This document shows positions 10,201 through 18,772 of a stretch of 64,000 nt of DNA, one piece after another (the stretch's first letter is position 1; each line of letters begins with the position of its first letter). The translations under genes and the position numbers were made by a program. The stretch is from Epithemia pelagica. Taxonomy: Eukaryota; Protista; Bacillariophyta. The stretch lies in contig OX337229.1 in assembly GCA_946965045.2 (NCBI GenBank), forward strand, positions 5,394,001-5,458,000, read 5' to 3'. The notes beneath the pieces were generated by a model. The model worked only from the letters and a program-made list of their open reading frames with translations. It did no database searches and had not been told where the DNA came from.

Positions 10201-13200
10201 GTGTATCCCGAAGCGTGGTCTACAAAGATTGCTCCACCTGTATAAAGATCGTTGATTTTTGATTTCCCCTTTGAGTCAAAGCGTCTCCCCTTTGTAGAAC
10301 ACACAAAATGATCTACTGAGATGCATTGACCTGGATGCAGGTTACCGTCTTTGGTAACCCCTTGTTTGTCTTTGACGATGATCGTTTTCGTCCCTGGTTC
10401 GGTTCGTCTGCGTTGTTTCCCGAATTGACATGCTGCGCACAAGGGTAAGTCGGTGAGTGTGGATGCGAGAGTGTGTAAACGACGCGTTTTCTCTGTTGTT
10501 GCCAAAACGCCTGTTCGCATGAGAAACTGTACCTTGAGAAGATTCATGTGTCCGAGTCGGTAATGCCAGTTGAGAAGTTCCTTCTGTGCTGGTGAGAGGT
10601 TTGCGTTTTGGTGTGCGACTTCATTCACAGTACTGTTGAAAGCGAGTGATGTTGTTTGTAAGTGGTCTGAATTGTATCCGTAGGACATTGGAAGATTGTT
10701 CTTCGGATTTACCATCACATTTACCTCTCGGCGATCAGGGTCGCCTGGAATTCCAGTCAAGGTAAGTGTATAACCGTCCTGAATGATTTTCTCTCCATGG
10801 TACTGCTGAAGAAGATTTTGCGTTGACAACAATCTCACAGAAATTTTTGGTACATGGAATGCAGGAAGTTTCAACATTCGTGGAGCGCCATTCGTGTCCA
10901 AAACCGTCCAAAGGACAGTTCCTCGTCCAACAGCCTTCATTTTATTGGCAATACCTTTTACTTTCAGATCAGGGAAGGGCTTGATCTTTCCAATGAAGTC
11001 CTTGGCGTCGTTGGTAATGGAGATACTCGCTCCGGAGTCCCAGATGATTGGGTACGAGGCTCCTTTTGGCATGGATTCACGAAGAGCCTTTGGATCTTGG
11101 AGTGTTGCTCGAAGAGCCTGTAGGGTGATGTTCTCCCACGGGTGGTGTGCGATGGAGTCAAGGTCAAGAGCGTTGATGGAGGCCATCATTGCCATCATGT
11201 TGTTTGGATTGAGGGAGGCTCGGTGATGATGAAATCGTGGTACAGGCCGTGTGGAGCATGGTACGTTTTGGCAATAATAGGGAGTGTTGCTCCTGTTTTC
11301 GGTGTTCGATCTCTGACGGTTGTATCCCGCCAGATGTTGATGGGGATTTCCAGCAGAGATGGGGTGCTGGAAGCGACGAGCGCGAGAACGCAACAAACTT
11401 GTCTTTGTCGGCATTCGTCGGCTGGTCGGTAGTGTGGAGTCATTATGCTCGGAAGGTGTGTTAGCGAATGGCCCGCGGCTTCGCTTGTGCCTTCGAGGTG
11501 AACTCGAGTTGACCTTGAATGAAGTGTTCCGCCGTTTTCTCCCTCGCTTCGCGGGTATAATGGTTCGTAAGCTCGTAAGGCCAGCCTGACATAACGATGC
11601 CGACCATTCCAACAATCTACAACCAAACACAACAATCAACCGAATCGGTGTGGAGAACAAGGAGAAGAAGAAGGACCTTGTAGGGGAGTTGTGGTTGGTG
11701 GCAAAGTGGGTTCGGCGGTTGTTTAGCTGGGCACGAAAGGCATTGACCGAGACGGCGGTCCTTTGGGTGTTATTGGGGCGATTTGGTCCCTTGGCTTTGT
11801 TAGAGTTCTTGGATTTGGGACTGGATGAGAGGCTGAAACTGAGAAAGATGGCCACCCAACAAGAAATCCATGTAACGATACCAGGCATGCAGCCAGGATG
11901 CAGCAAGAAGGAAACAGAAATTTCCTTGAATCCGCAGTAAGCTTCATAGACACCATAGTAGAGATGTACCGCGGCACTGTACAGGTGTCCTAGCCCATTT
12001 GTAAAGGCGTCCTTAGATTCCTCGGTAGTGGTTGGAGCTGGGATCAGCCAGAGGATGATCGGTAACAGGACAACAAAATGTAGAAGGGCGACCAAGAAGA
12101 GATGCTGAAGAGAGAAAGTTTCGTCTGAAAGCTCCTCGACTGGCGTGCGCGCCGGTCGTCGTGGGGTACGCACGTGTCCAAAGGTGAAAGGTGCATAGTA
12201 GACTTCTACGCATTTTCCTACCATTGAGCCTCCTACTGTCTCGTCCACAGTACAGTTGGATCCGTCCGAAGTGTCTTGGGGGTCAGTGTCTTCTTCATTT
12301 TGTAGAGAAGTGGCAGGTTGTGAAGCCTCATCTTCATCATTGTCGAAATCGACACAAGCGAGATGGGCAAAATACTTGGTGACTGCCACTGTCTTGTTCG
12401 AGTCGTCATCATCATCCGTCTTGTTTTCGGGTTCCGAGGGAACATATCGTTCGCCTAGCGTGCTGGTTGGAACGAAAGAGGAGGATGAGTTGCTTGTTGA
12501 GTCATCTGTCATCGTGCTCTTGTTCTCACGGAATGTTGTGAGTTTTGTTGCAGGAGTGAACTGCATCGCTGATCCAGAGCTGGAGGTGTCCATCGGTTGA
12601 AAACAAGGAACCATCGGGCCTGGTGGAATGGGCGACATTCCAGGAAAGCAAGATGCTGGTCGAGGGTGATTCGGAATGGGCATTCCATCAACGAAGTAGC
12701 CCATTGCCCATTCCTCTTCTTTGACACGTTGGTATGCCTCAGCCACGGTAAGTCTCGGCTCTCGCCAAGCGTTTGCGAACACGGTTTTGGCTGCTCTCTC
12801 GTACCTCATCCCATCTCTTTTTGCTTGCTCTGCTTCGAGAATGATATGCTGCATTGCATATTTTGTCGATGCAGGGATGCTCAGCCGTCGTCTTGGAGGA
12901 GGAGGCGGCGGAGTCGGATCGTTCGGAGAAAAGGGCAAGGGAGCATTTGGCCGTGGTGGCAGAGGTCGTGCTTGATGGATTGGAGAGATGGCTGGTAGTT
13001 TCTTTTCCAGACTCGCCAATTGTCCAGCTTGGAGATGCTTGATTGCATCGGTCGATGTGTCCGTGCTTGTTTCAGGAGTTTTGTAAGTGAGATCTGTCTC
13101 TTCACTTTCCATTTCGTCGTAGTTCTCATTGATTGCTGCTGCTGCTGCTGTGATTTCTTTATCGTACATGTCCTCGAGAAATCGTTGGGTTGCAGCGTCA

Positions 13201-15101
13201 TTCAATGGATCGAGCGGATCGTCATCATGGTTGTTTGTCATCGTGAGATCCATGTCATTCCATTGATCAAAGTATGTTGGTCCGTTGTTCTTGGATGGCT
13301 CGACGACTGGAAAGGTAGGCTCAAACGTTCCAATGGTACTGGTTCCTGATGAGTCTTCCATATCACTCTCACTGAACTGTTTTTCTTTAATGTTGGCTGA
13401 AGTGACACGATCCGGTGTAACAGCTTGGTGAGTGGTGTTGGAGAAGAGCGAGCTTGAATCTTCATTGGACTTGGTTTCTTCATACCTTTCTTCTTTGCTT
13501 TCTTCGTCTTCTTCAAAGGAGGCCATGAAGGCACAAAGTTCGTATTCCTCATCAGGTGAGTCGTCACAGTGGTCGTAATCGTCGTCCTCTGAGTTGTCTT
13601 CACAGAACTCATATTCTTCCTTGTCCATTTCTCTGACAATGTCCCTGTCCCAGTAGCGAGAATGGAGGTCGAGTTCTGCTTTCCAGGCCGTTGCGTCAAA
13701 CTCAAGAACATGAGTGGATGCTTTATGTTTCTGTTGGTTCTTGTTGTTCTTGGCCATGGATTTGAATCCGACAATATGCTCGCTAGTACGATGCGTGGTG
13801 TTCCAGATCTTGCAAGTGCCGCACCAGAAATATGTTTGGCCGTCTTTGGTACGTTCATCCGGCTGGCCATCTGCAGGCGGAACACGTTTCCATTGGTGAG
13901 TAGAATCGTTTTTGGGTGTGGAAGAAGGCTTGTCCGTTTTGCCTTTGAACTTGTTGTTGCTCTTGTTGTTGCTCTTGTTCTTCCCCTTCTCACGAAAACT
14001 GTTCTTGCTCTTACTTTGCATCTGAGGGATGAGGGCATTGGCTTGGTAGCCGATACGGGTCTTGCCACGGCGATTGTTTGTCACTGTCAGGTTCCCGCCA
14101 TAAGAAACAGGTAAGGCCTTGCTGTCCTTGTGGGAGCTTTTGGCACTCCATTCGCCTTGCTTGACACTAACAAGGTACCGGTTGTTGGCGATCTCGGAGA
14201 CGTGCGTGTACATGAGCTTGTTGGTGCTCATGTAGGAGTCAGCGACGGAACGATCGAGAAAACGGATGTGTTCTACGGCGTCTTTGACTTTCTTGTTGAG
14301 AATCAAGAGGTCAAATTTTGGAGTTTCCGGCCATTCAGCGGTGAGGATGTTCTTGAGGAGATTCGCGGTGAGGGTGTGGTCATAAAGACCAGCAGCCGAA
14401 AGAGGACGTGCCTTGTTCGCGAAATCAGTGGTAAGTGCGGTAATGTCGTGTCCTGAGTACTGTTGTGGTACCAGACTGCGCATCTCACCCTTTACCAACT
14501 CCCAATGTTCGATGGAGTCGTCCGTAATGATGCGGACGATTACCATAAAGAGCACGGGAAACGAGTTCGCAGAGCGGGATTGGTCCTCTACTTCGCGACG
14601 AAAGGTTTTCTCGAGAGAATCGAGTAAGTAGTCCTGAGCCGCTGCGTCATTGTTCTGATCGTACTTATCGTATTTTTGGATCTGCACTGCCATCAGGTCC
14701 TGGACGCGCTCGTTGGTGAAACGAGGATGCTCCGTGATGATGTTGATCATCGATGTGGAGTTCTTGGGGTCAGGTAAGTACACAATCGTGTCCATCCCAT
14801 GTTTGACAAAGTGCCGATTGAGCTCATCCTGCAATCGCGAGAAATCGCCTTTCTTCTTGTCAAACTTGTCAATAGGTCCAGTTACGCGGTCGATGTACCG
14901 CTTGTCTGTTAAGGTACGTAACTGGAGACTCCTGAGAGGTTCCGTCTTGGCTGAGTCATCTAACTTGGACCAGTCATGTTTCGGTTTTCCTCCAGTCCAA
15001 ACGACGTACTCGTCACGTCGGGACTGCACCAGTCCGCCCATGATGGGCTTGTCTGGCATGAAAACGTCCGTGTTTTCTTGTGGATCGTCGTTTGCTGCCA
15101 T
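7254..15101 (-). CDS. gag-pol: Gag-Pol polyprotein (~2615 aa from the first ATG; frame open upstream to 15470)
   Basis: Gag WTGGKP motif and zinc knuckle CGTCKIWNTTHRTSEH (~13780-13830). Protease IIWDSGAS (~11040), WHYRLGH, integrase ISVDH/TDNG/AERE, RT FLWVDD, RNase H YVDADFAG/EYHAL/FEDN/KADYFTK. The track start at 15347 is TTG; no minus-strand ATG occurs between the PBS and 15101. Confidence 0.95.
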   Translation of the reverse strand: MAANDDPQENTDVFMPDKPIMGGLVQSRRDEYVVWTGGKPKHDWSKLDDSAKTEPLRSLQLRTLTDKRYIDRVTGPIDKFDKKKGDFSRLQDELNRHFVKHGMDTIVYLPDPKNSTSMINIITEHPRFTNERVQDLMAVQIQKYDKYDQNNDAAAQDYLLDSLEKTFRREVEDQSRSANSFPVLFMVIVRIITDDSIEHWELVKGEMRSLVPQQYSGHDITALTTDFANKARPLSAAGLYDHTLTANLLKNILTAEWPETPKFDLLILNKKVKDAVEHIRFLDRSVADSYMSTNKLMYTHVSEIANNRYLVSVKQGEWSAKSSHKDSKALPVSYGGNLTVTNNRRGKTRIGYQANALIPQMQSKSKNSFREKGKNKSNNKSNNKFKGKTDKPSSTPKNDSTHQWKRVPPADGQPDERTKDGQTYFWCGTCKIWNTTHRTSEHIVGFKSMAKNNKNQQKHKASTHVLEFDATAWKAELDLHSRYWDRDIVREMDKEEYEFCEDNSEDDDYDHCDDSPDEEYELCAFMASFEEDEESKEERYEETKSNEDSSSLFSNTTHQAVTPDRVTSANIKEKQFSESDMEDSSGTSTIGTFEPTFPVVEPSKNNGPTYFDQWNDMDLTMTNNHDDDPLDPLNDAATQRFLEDMYDKEITAAAAAINENYDEMESEETDLTYKTPETSTDTSTDAIKHLQAGQLASLEKKLPAISPIHQARPLPPRPNAPLPFSPNDPTPPPPPPRRRLSIPASTKYAMQHIILEAEQAKRDGMRYERAAKTVFANAWREPRLTVAEAYQRVKEEEWAMGYFVDGMPIPNHPRPASCFPGMSPIPPGPMVPCFQPMDTSSSGSAMQFTPATKLTTFRENKSTMTDDSTSNSSSSFVPTSTLGERYVPSEPENKTDDDDDSNKTVAVTKYFAHLACVDFDNDEDEASQPATSLQNEEDTDPQDTSDGSNCTVDETVGGSMVGKCVEVYYAPFTFGHVRTPRRPARTPVEELSDETFSLQHLFLVALLHFVVLLPIILWLIPAPTTTEESKDAFTNGLGHLYSAAVHLYYGVYEAYCGFKEISVSFLLHPGCMPGIVTWISCWVAIFLSFSLSSSPKSKNSNKAKGPNRPNNTQRTAVSVNAFRAQLNNRRTHFATNHNSPTRSFFFSLFSTPIRLIVVFGCRLLEWSASLCQAGLTSLRTIIPAKRGRKRRNTSFKVNSSSPRRHKRSRGPFANTPSEHNDSTLPTSRRMPTKTSLLRSRARRFQHPISAGNPHQHLAGYNRQRSNTENRSNTPYYCQNVPCSTRPVPRFHHHRASLNPNNMMAMMASINALDLDSIAHHPWENITLQALRATLQDPKALRESMPKGASYPIIWDSGASISITNDAKDFIGKIKPFPDLKVKGIANKMKAVGRGTVLWTVLDTNGAPRMLKLPAFHVPKISVRLLSTQNLLQQYHGEKIIQDGYTLTLTGIPGDPDRREVNVMVNPKNNLPMSYGYNSDHLQTTSLAFNSTVNEVAHQNANLSPAQKELLNWHYRLGHMNLLKVQFLMRTGVLATTEKTRRLHTLASTLTDLPLCAACQFGKQRRRTEPGTKTIIVKDKQGVTKDGNLHPGQCISVDHFVCSTKGRRFDSKGKSKINDLYTGGAIFVDHASGYTWIGFQSHLNTHETLSVKDSFELFCREIGVVPLQYLTDNGAAFTSKDYTQSLRTFAQISRFAGVGAHHHAGIAEREIQTIMSIARTMMLHAAIHWPELADPMLWPMAVSHAVYLHNHVPRTDTGMSPHDLFTRVRWEQRKFHDLHVWGCPVYVLQKSIAAGKKLPRWKPRSTRCQLMGLSNRHASSVPLVLNPDTGYITPQFHVVFDDWFSTIAMTYEQLPDFFTDTWYKLFGDSSYQYIDLDNDNAPNIEAPTTTDEAAQQSYTQRESDVAHAIGTHRPFAVLPSPSQPSSTPGTFPLTNPRATPIGAPAPSSTPSNRPVSISAPNEEPVYQPSPKRMSFSNTPLPQREKTDQVAETSPSTTPLLPSPSPNTTPSPGPSPQREIRPQRESRPRKSTQPTSGSTPSLAPTITTRRSGRTVKRPTRLVEEINVATVHPTAPPSVDHSDLLTVMKASLSDPDTLSYDEAMRDADIEKWKVAAHKEIMELEGKGTWEEVPKSQAKTRILPGTWVFKRKRTPDGEILKHKARYCVRGDLQETEQENYSPVVHWSSIRIVLTISLILGWELACIDFNNAFVQATVDEPVWIHLPRGFRSGKPGETCLRLIKSLYGLSSAPRLWYTHLLEALKEDRFTLSAHDECLLYKDNIIIFLWVDDCGVCAPKMELIDDLIKRLQEKGLSLKKEGNLTDYLGINFIRHENKSITMTQKGLIAKIIKTTGLEDCNPNWTPATQLGLGSDPDGEPMKESWEYRSVVGMLLYLATNTRPDIAFAVSQVARFSSAPKKSHATTIKTIVRYLVRTRDKGTIFTPTTDFKLDCYVDADFAGLHGREPQDNPVSAKSRTGYILTFCGCPLIWRSQLQSSVALSTLQAEYHALSQAMRSVIATRRVIEELLGNLKLPFPKPTIFSEVFEDNSGAFYLATKQRLTPRTKHFNTYLHFFWEHVGDHPGGVKVSMVSTADQKADYFTKCQNRELFERCRKLNQGW

Positions 15102-15550
15102 GATTCGTTGCTGTCTCCTCCTGGATCTCGATACACCAATCAACGGTCTTGTCCGATCTGTTTCTGATGTGGCAGTTCGCGTTGGGTCGGTCTCAGGTGG
15201 AACAATTTGCAATGGTCGAGTGGTCTCTTGCTGGGATTCGCGTTGGGCGTTTGGATCGGCAGTTGGATCACTGTTCGGTGCTTCTAGAGGGTCGACGGTC
15301 TCTTGCTGGGGATCTGGATTGGAGTTGGTATCACTGTCCGAATTCAACCAGTCGAAGCTTCCAAGTCCACTTGAGGTCGGGGAGATGTCGTCCGCCGTTG
15401 TGGATTCTTGGTTGGGGCCTTGATTGGCTCCAGTAGTATTTGCGCGCTTTGGATGCTTGGTAGGGACGACTCAGTGGTAGTCCTCCAAGGTAGTTAACTT
15501 CTTGATAAATCGATCGATAGAGAGAATAGCGTATGGTTTATCAGCCTTGA

Positions 15551-15567
15551 TTTGGGCTCAGCAACCA
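15551..15567 (-). other. Putative primer-binding site TGGTTGCTGAGCCCAAA
   Basis: Lies immediately 3' of the 5' LTR on the element strand and begins with TGG. The priming tRNA cannot be identified from this window. Confidence 0.6.
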
Positions 15568-16286
15568 CTTAGGATATCTGCTAGCTAGGTGTGATAACGA
15601 CTTGATAATCGGGGTTAGTTCAGTTGGGTAGCAATGTTAGTCAACCTATCACGTTGGATCGACGATGGGGCCCTCACCTTCGGTCTACGATATAGGTTGA
15701 CTCCTTTTGTAGACAACAGTTGCTTGTAACTTTTGTGTTTTAGAAAAGAGTGAGATTAATCTACATGAAAGTGATTTTCAGGTCTGATCGATCTCCGATC
15801 TCAAGGAGAACTTAGCCGCTCCATTTCTCTCTTGAAGAATAGTTCTTCCTTGTTCTTTTTGTTCTTCATGATTAGATGAGAGTATTCACCTCTCCTGATT
15901 GTTTGGGCCTTATGAATGTTCTTTCTAGAAGGTACTTACCTTTGGAACAGGCCTGCTAGATCATCTGGAGGTCGATCGTTATCTTTGTGTAATTCTCAAT
16001 TTGAGAGAGAAGATATTACGACTAGAGGTATCGTCCAACTTGCGTTCGTATGAACGGATGTGTAGGCTCGCGACTTGCATTGTGCATGTACATGGATAAT
16101 TAGTACATGAATCTTCCTGGACTGCTGGGTGAAGTTACTATTCAGCTAAATCCATCTGTTGTTCGTCCGTTCAACTGCAACACGAGCGTCTGTCTTACTT
16201 CAGGACAGCTGCTTTCCTCTATGTCGTAGCTATGTCATGCTATGTCACACCTAGATCTAATGGTGCTAGATGTGCTATGTGTAACT
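15567..16286 (-). repeat. 5' LTR of the copia element
   Basis: Near-identical to 6480-7200, followed on the element strand by the PBS-like sequence. Confidence 0.97.
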
Positions 16287-17697
16287 CTTGGAATGCTTTC
16301 ACCCGGTCGAAAAGTATCGGTGTTTTGATTAGGTCGTCGTCCCAATTCCTGCCTGTTAAGAGATAAATCGGTTCGACGTTTGACAATCGACAATCGACCT
16401 CTCGTCCCCTCGGTTCCTTCGTCAAGCTCAAAAGATCGCCGTCCACACTCCACACTGATTTGTGTAATAGATGATGGCGCGTCCGGCGAACGAATGGCCT
16501 GCGCGCAATGCCGAGACTTCCCGGACGGAATTCGCGGCGCAATATCTGCGCTCACAAAAACTTTGCTTGTTAAAGGAAAAAGAGATTGAGCTATAGAGAG
16601 AAAGGTGGATGCCATTTTGAAATGCAAAAACGCCACTGAGGCAAATATATCATGAGCCGTACTGTTGTTTTCGGTTTCCCCTTGGCATTTCAATCCCATC
16701 ATTTGACGCTCCTTTTATATCGCTCGAGCCTCTCTTGCAAACACCCCAAACAAATTGTGGGCAGTGAGGAATGAGTGAGACCTCCAAAACAGCGACGAGA
16801 GAGACAAGGAATGTCGAATTGTCTTTAGCTCACACGCTCACACCAAGTATCCTCAGTCATTCCCTGGCAACCAGGTCACTCATGGACGTTCCTTGGACCT
16901 GGGTCAGACTTGTCGGCCAGAATGCCCTGTTTCATGTGCCGTTCAGGAGAACAACCGGCTTGGACCAACAGAAATGAGTGGCCAGCCGACAAGAACTCTG
17001 ACGCGTTTTTAGTGCCCAACTTTCTTGAACTTGGCTCTGTTCCTCGTCCGACAAATCTGTTGTGTGGACAATGACCGTCGCACAAACAACTACCGTATAG
17101 GGTAACTGTAGAAGGAAAAAAGTGTTCTTTTTTGCATGGAGTAATGGATCTGCCCTTTTTCTCTCTCTAATGGACGACTCTGATGGGCAAGGGAGATGAT
17201 CCAGCCTGTCTTGCGGTGGCTGCGACGAGCGAGATCTCAGCTCACAACTTGTGACATGTCTTTCGAGTAGGTAGTACAAAGTCATTCGTAGAGCATATTA
17301 TGTTGTTTGTGTAGCTTTGGAAAAGGTGTACATTTGTTCAAAACGAAGTATTAAAGCTCAAGGTGGAGACACATACTGGGTAGAAGTAGCATCCATCCGA
17401 TGGTAAAGTCCAGTTTTGCTAGGAGTACTATCGAAACAAGGTCGAAATCGGGGATTTTCGAGTCACGTTGCGCTTGTACAGTGGTTCCATGCCCGTTGCT
17501 CCTTTCCTACATACAAACACATGAATGACTATGTATCTACCCTGTCCTCGAAGTGGATATGAGACTTTGCTACTGTTTGTAGAGAGAAGTTAATTTTATT
17601 TAACGTTTTGGATGAAACTATTCCAGTATCGAAAAACGACCGGCATAGTTGTGAAGGAATTGAGCATGGTATCGGAACTCCACGGTTTTCTGGTTTA

Positions 17698-18384
17698 TTA
17701 GACCATACTAATGTGTCCCTCCGGGTAGGTACAAATGCCAATTCCGGGCTGATCCGGAACGGGTTGACAGGCCATGGGTCCACACGAACCACCCGCACCA
17801 CCGGTGGCTCGCAAGGCGGCATGTTTTTCTTCTTCTTCCGGACTACAGACAATGGCACAATACTTTTCGCCCGACGGAGATTGCAAGGCACAAATGGGAG
17901 ACTGTGATCAACAACAAAAGCGCGCCACCACCAGTAACAACACGAGAGCGAGGAACAAACAAAAGTTAGTCGGACAGAGAGAAAAGACCCCTTCCATAAT
18001 CCTTGACAGAGCGTGACATCCTTGTCGCACACAAAACACACACACACGTACCCCAGTGACACCGTCGGGAACATCCGAGGTACAAGCCGTCGTATCTGGA
18101 TCACAGGGAGGAGCACAATATTGTCCTGGAATACCCATGATACGAACGGCCATTTCTTCCGCAAAGGTACACGGAGGTTCCTCGTAGTGATGAGACCCGC
18201 CTTGTTTGGATTCCGAGGTGATACTGTCAAGTTTGGTAGTGGTGGTGGTTGTCGTCGTCGTCATGGGCAAGGCCACTTTGGTATACACAAAGGGCTTGGA
18301 TTCCTCCGTCGATAGGACTTGGGAAGAAGCTGCCATGGACACCATGGAGAGGAGGAACAACACACAAGTGGAAGAAAACGCCAT
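17698..18384 (-). CDS. Small secreted Cys-rich protein, 2 exons (18384-18052, 17901-17698), ~178 aa
   Basis: Signal peptide MAFSSTCVLFLLSMVSMAASS and a poly-Thr linker. YEEPPC...CAPPC...CTSDVPDGVTG joins in phase 0 across a GTACGT..CAG intron (18051-17902) to SPICALQSPSGEKYCAIVCSP...CGPMACQPVP..GICTY. Confidence 0.88.
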
Positions 18385-18772
18385 GATTCTGCAAGAGTCC
18401 GGTTGTTGTTGCTGCTGATGATGATGATGAAGATGACAATGCCTCAATGGAAATCCCAAGGTAGCAATAGGAACAAACGAAGAGAAAAAGTATCTTTTGA
18501 CTCGCTTTTCGTTGATAGAGAGAGATGATGCGATCTTTTCCGGTTCGTGATCCGCCCGCTGGGGAGCTTTGACTCGTGGATCGTCCGTCGGACGTACGGG
18601 AGCCCTCGTCGGTGGTCCGATCCAAGATCCACCGTGGTAGCCACAAACATATAGGAGTACACTCCAATCAATGACCCAAATGAGTAGCCACACGCACACG
18701 TACGCACCACATCCATCCATCACCTCCTCTCACAGCACCCAAAAAGATTTGTTGCATCTCTATTTTGGTATC

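Larger units (their letters stand above)
6480..16286 (-). mobile_element. Full-length Ty1/copia LTR retrotransposon (diatom CoDi-like), ~9.8 kb, recent insertion
   Basis: Two ~720-bp direct LTRs, one intact gag-pol ORF in PR-IN-RT-RH order, a PPT and a PBS-like site. Flanking duplication cttgg(a) at 6475-6480 and 16287-16292, with the empty site at 1378-1383. Termini are ambiguous by 1-2 bp. Confidence 0.97.

Noticed and set aside
13238-15423. ORFs 14713..15423 (+) and 13238..14068 (-) as extra retrotransposon genes
   Set aside because: They overlap gag on the opposite strand or an alternative frame, show no motifs, and are expected shadows of a long ORF.
17529-18723. ORFs 17908..18723 and 17529..18230 as full-length genes
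   Set aside because: They are read-through of UTR and intron (microsatellite-like gtgt tract). The spliced 178-aa model explains the conserved Cys pattern.
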